Source of the DNA: Chthonomonadales bacterium | GTDB lineage: Bacteria; Armatimonadota; Chthonomonadetes; Chthonomonadales; CAJBBX01 | DNA length: 64,000 nucleotides | Assembly (NCBI GenBank): GCA_012517255.1 | Contig: JAAYVH010000044.1 | Location: forward strand, 2,295 to 66,294 | Reading direction: 5' to 3' | Part shown: positions 45,790 to 55,040 of the stretch, piece by piece | Layout: every line of letters starts with the position of its first letter | How positions within the stretch are numbered: the stretch's first letter is position 1 | Made by a program: the position numbers and the translations under genes | The notes under the pieces: generated by a model | Database searches by the model: none | Told to the model about the DNA's origin: nothing | Seen by the model: only the letters and a program-made list of their open reading frames with translations

Positions 45790-47508
45790 TCAGCCGAGCT
45801 TCGGCCAGCCGCCGGGCGTTCCCATGGCGCGCTCAAACACGTGGCCGACCCGCAGGATGGCGTCCTCGCGATAGAGCTGGCCTGTGAACTCGATCATGAT
45901 CGGTTTGCGACCGTCCATGCCGGCGCGCGTGATGAGCGTCGGATGCCCGGTAAGGTTGGTGAGAACGAGCGTCGCATAGGGCGGCGTTACGTAGCAGTCG
46001 AAGTCCGCCATGGCCGCCGCCATCTCTCGTTGAAGCTGAGCTCGAAGCTGCATCATGGCTATGTAGTCCACGCCGGCAACCGTCGTGCCGACGCGGAAGA
46101 TGTTGGGCCAGTTGTTGGGGCCTTGCTGAGCCAGGTCGGCCAGCTTGCCTTGCGCGATCAGCGAGGCGAACGAAGCGGCGCCCTCCACATCAATCACGTT
46201 GGTCAGTTCGGCATAGGCTCCCGCCATGCTGGGAAGCCGGATGGGCTTCAGTTCCGCTCCGGCTTTGCGCAGCACGTCGAGCGCACGGTCGTAGACCGCC
46301 CTGGCCGCTTCGTCCTTCTGAGCGGCAAACCCGGCCTCATCCAGACCGATCTTCAGACCCGCGAGGCCTTTCGCCGGTTCCCACGAGAATGGCACGGGCC
46401 GCACGGTCATGTCCGCGCCGTCTGGCCCTGCGATGGCATGGAGCACGAGCGCGCAGTCTTCGACGGAGCGCGTGATGGGCCCGATCTTGTCCATGGTCCA
46501 CGAAAGGGCCATGGCGCCCGTGCGCGGCACGCGGCCGTAGGTGGGGCGCAGACCGGTCGTGCCGTTGCGCACGCACGGGCTGACAATGCTTCCGAGCGTC
46601 TCGGTGCCAATGGAAAAGCCGACAAGCCCTGCTGCAGTGGCCGCTCCGGGCCCGGCAGAGGAGCCGCTCGATCCCTGGGTCAGATCCCACGGGCAACGCG
46701 TCATGCCGCGAAACCACACGTCGCCCATGGCCAGCTCACCGAGGCTGAGTTTCGCCACAAGCACCGCGCCGGCCCGCTCGAGCCGTTGCACAACAGTGGC
46801 ATCGGTCGGCGGAATCTGATCCTCATAGGGCTTCGCGCCGAATGTCGTTCGGATGCCCTTTGTGAACAGCAGATCCTTGGCGCCCCACGGCACGCCATGC
46901 AGCGGGCCTCGCCATCGCCCGGCGGCTATCTCGCGATCGGCCTGTTCGGCCTGACGCATGGCCAGCTCCTCCGTGAGCGTAACGACGCACAGAAGCTGCG
47001 GGTCGAACATTCGGAGCCGCTGAAGGTACATCTGCGTGAGCTCGACGCTGGTTACCCTGCGCGCGCGGAGCATGGCCGACAGCACGCTCACGGGCTGAAA
47101 GGCCAGGCTGTCGGGATCAATGGCATCGGCCGGCGCCACGGGCTTTGTCGGTCGAAACGCCGACCTGCCGGAAGGCAGAGGCACGCCGGGCACCCACGGG
47201 TCAAACCGGATCGCAGGCTCCGCGCCCTGCGGGATCGCAGCCATGCGAACCTGACGCATGGCGCGTCGCATCTCGCGTACGCTCGGCAGCATCAGCGCGC
47301 GTTCTGCCTCGGAGTAGGCCCTATCCGTAACCCTCAGCGCGGCTCCCAGATCCGCTTCCGTTATCGCGTCGGCATCTTGCGCTGTTGTCGGTTCCGATGC
47401 CAGCGTCACCACGCATGCCGCTGCAGCGGCCCTGAGCGCCGCACGCCTGCCGACGCGGCCGCCAGTCGGGCTATCGCCACGGTCCATCCCGCCCCTCTCC
47501 CCATTCAT
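45790..47508 (-). CDS. Amidase-signature family enzyme with a Tat-type signal peptide
   Basis: ORF track 45790..47508 (572 aa). Twin-arginine region GRRAALRAAAAA. Amidase signature GSSGSSAGPGAATAAG. The alternative start at 47487 has a better GGAG spacing. Confidence 0.8.
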   Translation of the reverse strand: MNGERGGMDRGDSPTGGRVGRRAALRAAAAACVVTLASEPTTAQDADAITEADLGAALRVTDRAYSEAERALMLPSVREMRRAMRQVRMAAIPQGAEPAIRFDPWVPGVPLPSGRSAFRPTKPVAPADAIDPDSLAFQPVSVLSAMLRARRVTSVELTQMYLQRLRMFDPQLLCVVTLTEELAMRQAEQADREIAAGRWRGPLHGVPWGAKDLLFTKGIRTTFGAKPYEDQIPPTDATVVQRLERAGAVLVAKLSLGELAMGDVWFRGMTRCPWDLTQGSSGSSAGPGAATAAGLVGFSIGTETLGSIVSPCVRNGTTGLRPTYGRVPRTGAMALSWTMDKIGPITRSVEDCALVLHAIAGPDGADMTVRPVPFSWEPAKGLAGLKIGLDEAGFAAQKDEAARAVYDRALDVLRKAGAELKPIRLPSMAGAYAELTNVIDVEGAASFASLIAQGKLADLAQQGPNNWPNIFRVGTTVAGVDYIAMMQLRAQLQREMAAAMADFDCYVTPPYATLVLTNLTGHPTLITRAGMDGRKPIMIEFTGQLYREDAILRVGHVFERAMGTPGGWPKLG

Positions 47509-47521
47509 ATGCGTTGTCTTG

Positions 47522-47632
47522 CCTCAGCCTTCAGCCTTCACCCTTCACCCTTCGCCCTTCAGCCTTCAGCCTTCGCCCTTCAGCCTTCACCCTTCGCCCT
47601 TCACCCTTCAGCCTTCGCCCTTCGCCCTTCAC
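47522..47632. repeat. Tandem heptanucleotide array, 15 x CCTTCNN (NN = AG, AC or GC) plus one degenerate unit
   Basis: Units fall at 47528, 47535, ... 47626 with strict 7-nt phasing: CCTTCAG x6, CCTTCAC x5, CCTTCGC x5 including boundaries as read. They are preceded by CCTCAG at 47522. The array fills the spacer between the stop at 47636 and the start at 47508, both of minus-strand genes. Confidence 0.9.
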
Positions 47633-47635
47633 CCC

Positions 47636-48364
47636 CTAACGCCTCTCAATGACGAGCTTCTGCGCGGCCATCGTGTAGCGAATCATCTCACCCGTGGCCT
47701 TCGACAGATGGAGTCGGGCCTGTATGGGAGCCACATCGCACACGACGCACTCCACCTTCTTGCCGCCGACGGTGATCGTTTCTGTGGTCGGCTGGGCCGC
47801 GAAGGTGATATCGAGACTGCGCATCATCTCCACCGCAAAGAGCGGCGCTTTGACCGTCTTTCCGGGCTGGATGTTCAGGGCGCGCGTTGCTATGGACATG
47901 AGCGTCATCACGTTGTTGATCGAGAGGAACTCCTTGCCGCTTATTGCGGCGTCACGGTTCATCGTCTGGCCGCCAGCCTGCGCCGTGATCTTCGCCTTGC
48001 CGCCTCCGAAAGAGCCGGTCAGTTTCTGGGCCTGGCCGTTGACGTCGGCATTCAGCGTCACCGCGGTCGGATGTCCGCTGTCGTTGACCGTGAAGGTTCC
48101 GTTCATCGTGAGGTTGACCTGCTGACCCTGAACCGGCAGAGCGAGCTTCAGGTTGTACTTCCAGTCGAAGAGCTGCTGCTTGCCGGATCCGGCACGAACG
48201 GCGGTGCAGGCGGCGTCCATGGCGCCAACCGACTTGCCGTCCATGGCGAATGACCACTTTTCGGTGTCGCCGACTTTGAATGCGAGGGGTTTCTGGGCCC
48301 ATGCCGGCGCTGAGCAAACGGCAAGCGCCATCACGGCCATCGGCATACGTCGCAGTGCGATCAT
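47636..48364 (-). CDS. Secreted hypothetical protein (beta-rich)
   Basis: ORF track 47636..48364 (242 aa). Signal peptide MIALRRMPMAVMALAVCSAPAWA. No recognisable motifs. Confidence 0.5.
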   Translation of the reverse strand: MIALRRMPMAVMALAVCSAPAWAQKPLAFKVGDTEKWSFAMDGKSVGAMDAACTAVRAGSGKQQLFDWKYNLKLALPVQGQQVNLTMNGTFTVNDSGHPTAVTLNADVNGQAQKLTGSFGGGKAKITAQAGGQTMNRDAAISGKEFLSINNVMTLMSIATRALNIQPGKTVKAPLFAVEMMRSLDITFAAQPTTETITVGGKKVECVVCDVAPIQARLHLSKATGEMIRYTMAAQKLVIERR

Positions 48365-48401
48365 GAGGTCCTCCCTGGTCCCCTGGTGAGTTGCCTGAGG
48401 C

Positions 48402-50294
48402 TCATCGGCCGTTCCGACGCCGCCATATTTCTATGCCGGAGAAGTTGGCCGCGCCTCCGCGGCTGGTGATCTCGATGTTCCCGTCCGTAACGTCCACGAT
48501 CCATGGCCCTGCGCGGCGCCATTCGCCGGTCACGCCGCTGATGTGCCTCGCGACGACCTGCTTGCCGTTGACCATGATGCGGAAAGTCTCCGGGTCGTTG
48601 TCCTCCCAGATGTACGCATAGACGGCATACGTTCCTGCGGGCGCTCCGGTTACACGGATGCGCGGTTCGCCGCTCCAGCGGAACGATCGGATCATCCGCT
48701 CACGCGCAGGATCCGTGGATGGGCGCAACCGCACATCGGCGACGTTGAGCGGCGTATCGGAGCAGACGTAGTTCGGCGAGCCCTCACCGTCCCATCGGTT
48801 GCCGTCGATGGTGATGGCGGGCCCGTTGATGTTGATGCCACGGTAGAAGATCCAGTCCCCGGCGGCAGGGGACGGCCCGGACAGCTTCATGATGGGCGTG
48901 TTGAGATACGCCGCGTCGCTGTCGGCGCCCTGAGGCACCGGTTTCGGCTCACCCATGACGTCGATGATGACCCGCCGGTAGGCGGCCAGCGGCGGATCGC
49001 CATCATCCTGAACGCGCAGAATCACATGGAGAGTTCGCCCCGAAGCTTCCTGCGGCACAACAAGGCTCGCCGTGTCGGTTCGGTTGTTGCGGATGGGCGC
49101 CTCGAGCCAGAACGTGCCTGCATCCTTGTAGTTCCACCATTGGAAGCTCAGGCGATCCCTGTCAGGGTCGGAGGAGCCGGCCGCGCTGAGCTTGACCGTT
49201 GCGCCGGGCCTGACACGCATGCGCACAGGGTCCTTCGTGCGGTCGCCATTGCAGACGGGCCGCGGAGCATGGTTGGCCTGAGCATAGGGGCGCACGCACC
49301 AGTCGGCCCGTGCCGCCCAGTCATTCTGGAAGTCGCGCGCCCATCGCAGGATGGCGGCGTAGATATCGCGGTTGTCCCGCGCCGAGACCCAGAGCTTGCC
49401 GTCTCGCTGGAACCGCCCTCCCCAGCCTCCGTAGGCGGGGTTAAGGTGGCTCGCCAGTCCAAGATCGATGAGGTGCATGAAGGCGGGCGAGTCGCCCTCG
49501 GATAGGAACGAACCGTCGCCGCGGGCCTCATACAGGGCGCAGAGGGGGCCGTGCCCTTGCAGGATGTTGCGTTTCATCCATGCGCCGTCGAAGTAGGCAT
49601 GATCCTCGGCATCCACGATGTCGCGCCATCCGTAGGCGATGGCAGGGAAGGCCCTGCTGGTTATGGTCAGCAGATCCGGCCATTGCCGGGCGATGTACGT
49701 GCGATAGGTGTTGTCCTGCTCTTCGATGAGGAACAGGCGGGCCTTGCGTGTGACCTCGGCCTTCCGGTCGGGATGCTCCTCCTCGATGGTCTTCAGCGCC
49801 TGCGCGATCGTGTTGGGGCCGCCCCATGCCTGGAGCCATACGGGACGCGGGTCGCTCTTGAGCAGCTCTGCAACGATCAGTCGCGATCCGGGCGTCGGTC
49901 CCGACATATCGCCCATGGTCTCGACGTTGCCGATGGCGGTAACCGAGCGGAGATGGTCCGGTGTCGGGTACCGGGGGTCGTGCCGTTTCAGGTTCGGATA
50001 GACGGCGGCATATGCGTCGAGCTGGCGACCGAGCCACTCCTCGCCTTCCCATCGGTGCGGCTTGACCTGCGCATTGCCTTTCCAGTGGTAACGCGAACTC
50101 GATAGCACGATCCCGCGCACGTCGAACTCGCTGGCATACAGCAGGAACCGGATCATGCTGCATCGGTCGTCAATCTCGCCGTCGGTTGTGGCAATGGTGC
50201 GGGTTCGATGGGTGGAAAGCGCGATGGGAGCGCGCTGTCCCGTGGCGAGACCCGCCACCATGCTCACGAGGGCGAGCGAGAACAAGCGAACCAT
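48402..50294 (-). CDS. DUF1593 (nucleoside-hydrolase-like) domain protein with Ig/PKD-like and carbohydrate-binding-like C-terminal domains
   Basis: ORF track 48402..50438, with the ATG at 50294 (MVRLFSLALVSMVAGLATG signal). DUF1593-type motif TTDGEIDDRCSMIRFLLYASEFDVRGIV. GSSDPDRDRLSFQWWNYKDAG. C-terminal lectin-like module ending ANFSGIEIWRR. Confidence 0.65.
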   Translation of the reverse strand: MVRLFSLALVSMVAGLATGQRAPIALSTHRTRTIATTDGEIDDRCSMIRFLLYASEFDVRGIVLSSSRYHWKGNAQVKPHRWEGEEWLGRQLDAYAAVYPNLKRHDPRYPTPDHLRSVTAIGNVETMGDMSGPTPGSRLIVAELLKSDPRPVWLQAWGGPNTIAQALKTIEEEHPDRKAEVTRKARLFLIEEQDNTYRTYIARQWPDLLTITSRAFPAIAYGWRDIVDAEDHAYFDGAWMKRNILQGHGPLCALYEARGDGSFLSEGDSPAFMHLIDLGLASHLNPAYGGWGGRFQRDGKLWVSARDNRDIYAAILRWARDFQNDWAARADWCVRPYAQANHAPRPVCNGDRTKDPVRMRVRPGATVKLSAAGSSDPDRDRLSFQWWNYKDAGTFWLEAPIRNNRTDTASLVVPQEASGRTLHVILRVQDDGDPPLAAYRRVIIDVMGEPKPVPQGADSDAAYLNTPIMKLSGPSPAAGDWIFYRGININGPAITIDGNRWDGEGSPNYVCSDTPLNVADVRLRPSTDPARERMIRSFRWSGEPRIRVTGAPAGTYAVYAYIWEDNDPETFRIMVNGKQVVARHISGVTGEWRRAGPWIVDVTDGNIEITSRGGAANFSGIEIWRRRNGR

Positions 50295-50464
50295 TGGGCA
50301 GGGATCCTCCTGTGGGGTCCGGTGTGCGGACGGATGACCCATTATGCGCCCATTCGGGCGGCTTGTGCACGGATTGCAGCATGGCGTCGCCATTCGCATC
50401 CGATCGAAGGCAATCGTCATTGGCTTGCCGTGTGCCAAGGGTCAGCCTCGGGTACCATCGCGCC

Positions 50465-52489
50465 ATGGTAACCGTCCTCATCGCCATGCTGGCGTCGCCG
50501 ACGTCAGTGGCGCACGCCGCTGAGCCTCCGTTCACGGTGGTCGGCGTCATCGTTACGCCCCACGTGAGAGCTTCGACCATGCGGTATCGTCGCGATCCGG
50601 GGATGGCGGACGGGGCCCTCGTTCGCGTCATTCTCCGGGCTGGCCCGCAGGGGCGGGCATGGTCGCGCAAGGATGTTCGTTTTTACGGACGAACGGGCAA
50701 GGAGCTCGTTGACTCGGGCGTCTGGGCGTGGTGCGACTTCCCGGGAGACGAGATTGGCGCCTCAGAGCCTGTGCTGCCGGGCGAGCTCACTGTGCTGACG
50801 TTCAACACGCGCGCGAGCGACCATGGGATAGGCACGACCGTTCCGATTGCGCTCGACGGGACCGACAGCGCTGCGACGATCACGCTGATCCCCGACGATG
50901 TGTGCATTGCGGCTGCAACGTTCTTCGGCCCCGAGTCAGCGGTCCGCGTTGACGAGGCGGTGATCCATGTGGTGAACAATGGCCGGTCCGCCGTGCGTAT
51001 CGGCGACGTCCGATTCCGGCAGCCGGTCGCTCGGAACCGCTTCGGGACGCTCGGTTCAGCCACCATCCGTGCGCGCGTCCGCACGCTCCCATCCCACAGG
51101 AACGTTGCGCCGGGCGAGACGGCGATCCTTCTGGCGGACGCGCCGCTGGACCTGACGCATACCCTCGTCGAGGTGGATCTCCGGCAGGGACGTCACGCTC
51201 GGACGATCTACGGCTATCTCAGAGCCAGGCCTGAGTCCTTCGATATCTCCGGCGGGTGGGTCAGCTCGCCGGCTTCCGACGGACGCTCCACCCTGACCCA
51301 TGAGGAGTTCCTGAAGACGCTGGCGGGACTGCACGTCAACACGGCGCATTACACGGAAGTGGAGGGATACTCCGATCGAACCGAGCCGGACGGCCTCTAT
51401 GCCCGATACCCGCTGAAGCGATTCGGCCATATGCAGCCCGTGGAACGGTACGATCGCGACGACATGCTGCCACGCATTCATGGCGTTGAGTTTCTGGGTG
51501 AGCCGCAGTACGGCGGCGGCAAACCCGTGCCGCCTCAGGAGGTCTGGCGGCAACTGCATCCCTATGCCCCGACGCGTCTGCCCACCACGGTAACCCACAG
51601 CGAAGAGGCCGTATGGCGCTTCTATGCGGGTCTCTCGGACTACCCCCACTATGATGCCTATCGCGTGAATGCTCCGGCCGCCGATGCATGGAGGATGTAC
51701 GATCGGTGGCACGGCCAGCGCATCGGCTGGGGAGCTCCTCTGGAGACCATCGGCGACATGTGCCGATCACTCCGGGACATGAGCCGTCCGGCTCCTACGG
51801 CGTACTGGTCGCAGGGTCCGCACCACGGATGGTCATCCTACGGCGGGCGCAAGCGGACCAGCCCAACGTGCGACGAAATCCGTCTGCAGGCCTATCATGC
51901 CCTTGCCAGTCGAATCACCTCGCTCTACTGGTTCAACCTGAGCCTGAAGAGCCTGCTGGCGTATCCCGACACCATGGCGGAGCTGCGCCGGATCGGCCGC
52001 GAAATCCGCATGCTGGAGCGGGTGTATCTCCGCGGCAGCGCGTTCCGCTACGCGCAAGTGATGGAGGACGGCACGCCGTCGTGGGATCTTGCGTCCATTG
52101 TCGCGCCGGAAGCGGCGGCCATGTTCGCGCTCGATCTACGATACCGGCCCGATCCCGACGAAAAGGTCTTCGTGTTCGGACCGCCCCGCAAGGCGACGTT
52201 CGCGTTCGCTTTGCCCGCGTTCCTGCGCAACCCGACCGATGTGTTCAGGGTGGATGCCGACGGCGTGCACGACGTCAGCTTTCGACGCACGCGCACCGGC
52301 GTGACGATAAGCGACCGGACCCACAAGGTCGCCGTCTATATCGCCGCTCAGACGCCCGATATCCGCCAGGACATCCTCAAGCGGCGCCTTGAACTCATTC
52401 AGCGGGAGCGCGACCTCGGATTCGATCCTGTCGGTAACCCGTCGGATCTCGAGGCGCTGCGGCGCCTGCTGCCCCGGCAGGCGCGGTAG
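50465..52489 (+). CDS. Secreted hypothetical protein (674 aa), function unknown
   Basis: ORF track 50186..52489, with the ATG at 50465 (MVTVLIAMLASPTSVAHA signal). No motifs recognised. Divergent from the DUF1593 gene. Confidence 0.5.
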   Translation: MVTVLIAMLASPTSVAHAAEPPFTVVGVIVTPHVRASTMRYRRDPGMADGALVRVILRAGPQGRAWSRKDVRFYGRTGKELVDSGVWAWCDFPGDEIGASEPVLPGELTVLTFNTRASDHGIGTTVPIALDGTDSAATITLIPDDVCIAAATFFGPESAVRVDEAVIHVVNNGRSAVRIGDVRFRQPVARNRFGTLGSATIRARVRTLPSHRNVAPGETAILLADAPLDLTHTLVEVDLRQGRHARTIYGYLRARPESFDISGGWVSSPASDGRSTLTHEEFLKTLAGLHVNTAHYTEVEGYSDRTEPDGLYARYPLKRFGHMQPVERYDRDDMLPRIHGVEFLGEPQYGGGKPVPPQEVWRQLHPYAPTRLPTTVTHSEEAVWRFYAGLSDYPHYDAYRVNAPAADAWRMYDRWHGQRIGWGAPLETIGDMCRSLRDMSRPAPTAYWSQGPHHGWSSYGGRKRTSPTCDEIRLQAYHALASRITSLYWFNLSLKSLLAYPDTMAELRRIGREIRMLERVYLRGSAFRYAQVMEDGTPSWDLASIVAPEAAAMFALDLRYRPDPDEKVFVFGPPRKATFAFALPAFLRNPTDVFRVDADGVHDVSFRRTRTGVTISDRTHKVAVYIAAQTPDIRQDILKRRLELIQRERDLGFDPVGNPSDLEALRRLLPRQAR

Positions 52490-52525
52490 ACGAGACGCGA
52501 TCGAACGAATCCCTCCACTGGAGGG

Positions 52526-52792
52526 CTACTTGCCGGAACGCGATTCGGGCTGCGCCGTCGCCTCGGTCTTCGCGTCGCCTTTGGGACCGGCCTTTGCATC
52601 CGGCTGCTTTGTTCGCGGCATTTCGGGCATGGCGCTCTGGTTACCGGGCGCAGGAGGCATGGACACGCCGGACGGAGGACCGATGGTGCCCGTTTCCTGA
52701 CCGGTTAGCACGCGCGTATACACAAACCATACCGCCGCCAGCGCGATCGCGATGATCAGCACCGCGACCAGCGGATTGACTTGCTGTTTCAT
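52526..52792 (-). CDS. Small single-pass membrane protein with a Pro/Lys-rich tail
   Basis: ORF track 52526..52792 (88 aa). TM segment LVAVLIIAIALAAVWFVY. Last gene of the minus-strand pseudopilin cluster. Confidence 0.45.
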   Translation of the reverse strand: MKQQVNPLVAVLIIAIALAAVWFVYTRVLTGQETGTIGPPSGVSMPPAPGNQSAMPEMPRTKQPDAKAGPKGDAKTEATAQPESRSGK

Positions 52793-52849
52793 GGTGGCGT
52801 CCCCAGTGTCGGCATGAGCGCACGGTGATCCGCCGCTCGGGCGCCCGGA

Positions 52850-53119
52850 CTATCTGCCGGGATTGACCGGCGCTGTGGTGGATGGACGGACCGGCGGCGC
52901 GGGCTGCGTCGGCTTGACGCCGCTCTTCCAGAGATCCTGCATGGCGTTGAACCCGCCCTGCGCCTCCACCGGCGCCACGCGCGTCGGATTGCCCTTGGCA
53001 TCAACGGGCAGCGTGTCCTTGGAGAAGAAACGCCATGCCGAGTAGCCCAGAATGCCCAGCGCGACCACCAGAATCCCGATAGCCACGGGCACACTGATCC
53101 GGATCGTCATAGTCCGCAC
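52850..53119 (-). CDS. Small single-pass membrane protein
   Basis: ORF track 52850..53119 (89 aa). TM segment ISVPVAIGILVVALGILGY. Pro-rich tail. Confidence 0.45.
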   Translation of the reverse strand: MRTMTIRISVPVAIGILVVALGILGYSAWRFFSKDTLPVDAKGNPTRVAPVEAQGGFNAMQDLWKSGVKPTQPAPPVRPSTTAPVNPGR

Positions 53120-53212
53120 CCCTCTGTCGATCGGCGAGCGGCCCCATTCCGGTTCTCGATGGCCGCTCTATAGGCCGGTGCGGTCATTTCTGACCGCACC
53201 GGACCAATCAGG

Positions 53213-54010
53213 TTACCTCCAGGACCAGCAGTTGTCCGATCGCTGCCAGCAGTCCTGAATGTCGAAGTAGGCCTCTGGAATGCCCCTCGGGCGCATGGCC
53301 TTAGCATGGCCATCGTAGAACGACAGGTTCATCATTTCCGAGTGGCGGCCCTTGCCGAAGTAGCCACCGTAGGTAGCTTCCTCGACCCCCGATGCCCAGT
53401 CGGCATAGCTCGTCCGCAGGCCGCAGCACGATGCAAGACCCGGATTGGGTCCGCCCACAACCGCGTTCTGGGTCTCCAGCAAGACGATGCGCTCGGCCGG
53501 GAAGTTCACGGCTCCGTCGCTAACGCCGCCAAACGCCTGGCTGCCTGGCGGATTGCCGGCGATCGCCATGCCCCACTGGCCTGCATCAGTCCACTGAGGC
53601 GTGTACCAGTTCAGCCCAATGCCCGACTCGTAGCGATAGCTCGAGTCTGTTGGACTGATCCAGCTGCTGACAGGCGCAGTCTCGCCGCCGAAGACCGGGT
53701 TGGAGATGCTCGGGCATGCGAAGATGCCCACGTTCTTGACGTACGGGTAGACCCCGAACTGCCACCAGAAGCGGCCCGGGCCTTCACCGTACTTGTTCAT
53801 GAACATGCCCTGCCACCCGAACGGGTTGACGCCGTCGTAGTCCTGAGCATACATGCGGAACGCCAGCCCCAACTGCTTCATGTTCGAGAGGCAACTGATC
53901 GCTCGGGCCTTCTCTCGGGCCTGTGCGAAGACGGGGAAGAGGATCGCTGCCAGGATCGCGATGATGGCGATCACAACAAGCAGCTCGATCAAGGTGAATC
54001 CTTTGCGCAT
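53213..54010 (-). CDS. Prepilin-type N-terminal cleavage/methylation domain protein (DUF1559-like pseudopilin)
   Basis: ORF track 53213..54109, with the ATG at 54010 after GGAAAGGAG. N-terminus [48 protein letters not shown]. Confidence 0.8.
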   Translation of the reverse strand: MRKGFTLIELLVVIAIIAILAAILFPVFAQAREKARAISCLSNMKQLGLAFRMYAQDYDGVNPFGWQGMFMNKYGEGPGRFWWQFGVYPYVKNVGIFACPSISNPVFGGETAPVSSWISPTDSSYRYESGIGLNWYTPQWTDAGQWGMAIAGNPPGSQAFGGVSDGAVNFPAERIVLLETQNAVVGGPNPGLASCCGLRTSYADWASGVEEATYGGYFGKGRHSEMMNLSFYDGHAKAMRPRGIPEAYFDIQDCWQRSDNCWSWR

Positions 54011-54117
54011 TACCTTACGAGCTCCTTTCCGCCTGACAACACGTGATGTATGACCGACGGTCGCCCTCGCATTGTCCGGCATGACATCGCAAGCGCTCTC
54101 GTCGGACACGTATGCCT

Positions 54118-54146
54118 ATTGTAGGGTCGATTCCGTGCATTGTCAA
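54118..54146 (-). promoter_or_regulatory. Near-consensus sigma70 promoter for the pseudopilin gene (-35 TTGACA, 17-nt spacer, -10 TACAAT)
   Basis: The minus strand reads TTGACA at 54146-54141 and TACAAT at 54123-54118, about 105 nt upstream of the ATG at 54010. Confidence 0.55.
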
Positions 54147-54215
54147 CGGTCTTGACGGGCTCTGGCACGCGGCGCGCCGATCGCGCGCTAACGACCTGAC
54201 GCAAGCAGAGGAGGC

Positions 54216-55040
54216 CTATCCTTTGAGGCCGGTAAGCACGACGCCGCGGATGATGTGACGCTGGAACAGCAGGAAGATGATGATCACAGGGATGGTGGCG
54301 ACCACCGCGGCGGCCATCACCAGCCCGTACTGCATCGTGTAGCGACCCAGAAAGATCATGAGACCAACGGGCAGGGTGCGCATCTCATTCTCATTCACCG
54401 CAATGAGGGGCAGCATGAAGTCATTCCACGAACCGAGGAAGGAGAAGATGCCAAGCGTGGCGATGGCCGGCTTGCCGATGGGGAGGATGATTCGGCGATA
54501 GATGGCCGCGCGCGTGCAGCCATCCATGACGGCCGCCTCTTCGAGCTCCCGAGGGATGGTCAGGAAGAACTGCCGCAACAGGAAGACGCCGAACACTCCC
54601 GACAACCCCTGCACGATCAGCGCATAGTAGGTGTTGAACCATCCCAGCCTCTGCAGGATCAAGAACACGGGAATGATGGTCACCTGACCCGGTATCACCA
54701 GCGTCGCCAGGATGAGGAAGAACAGCGGATCACGCCCCGGGAAGTTGAGCCGCGCGAAGGCGTAGGCCGCCATGGAGCTCAGCAGCAGATAGGAGCTCGT
54801 GCCGACGGCGGCGACCAGCGCGCTGTTGAAGAACCAGCGCGGCACGGGAGCCTCCTCGGCTCGTTTCCACAGCTCGAGGTAGTTGCTCCACGTGGGGTGC
54901 TCGGGCCACCAGTGGGGCACCGGCTGGAAGATCTCGCTCTCGGGGAGGAAGGACATGACGAGCATCCACGCCACGGGAGCGACGAAGGCGATCGCTGCGG
55001 CGGTCATGGCAAGGTGCAGCGCGATGCGCCCGGCCTTCAT
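54216..55040 (-). CDS. Carbohydrate ABC transporter permease (MalG-like)
   Basis: ORF track 54216..55040 (274 aa). EAA loop EAAVMDGCTRAAIYRRIILPIGKP. ATGA overlap with the upstream permease. Confidence 0.85.
   Translation of the reverse strand: MKAGRIALHLAMTAAAIAFVAPVAWMLVMSFLPESEIFQPVPHWWPEHPTWSNYLELWKRAEEAPVPRWFFNSALVAAVGTSSYLLLSSMAAYAFARLNFPGRDPLFFLILATLVIPGQVTIIPVFLILQRLGWFNTYYALIVQGLSGVFGVFLLRQFFLTIPRELEEAAVMDGCTRAAIYRRIILPIGKPAIATLGIFSFLGSWNDFMLPLIAVNENEMRTLPVGLMIFLGRYTMQYGLVMAAAVVATIPVIIIFLLFQRHIIRGVVLTGLKG

Noticed and set aside
45103-47652. 849-aa ORF on the + strand
   Set aside because: It lies entirely antisense to the Met-rich protein gene and the amidase gene, which have clear motifs, signal peptides and RBSs. 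Its composition is Arg/Ala/Gly-rich and it reads through the heptamer array. This is a typical high-GC shadow ORF.
47519-48253. Protein with a PSPF(S/T/A)L(Q/H) heptad repeat translated from the heptamer array
   Set aside because: The repeat unit is 7 nt, so any frame gives a 7-aa repeat. The ORF is antisense to the well-formed secreted-protein gene 47636..48364 and has no RBS. The repeat is therefore treated as non-coding DNA.
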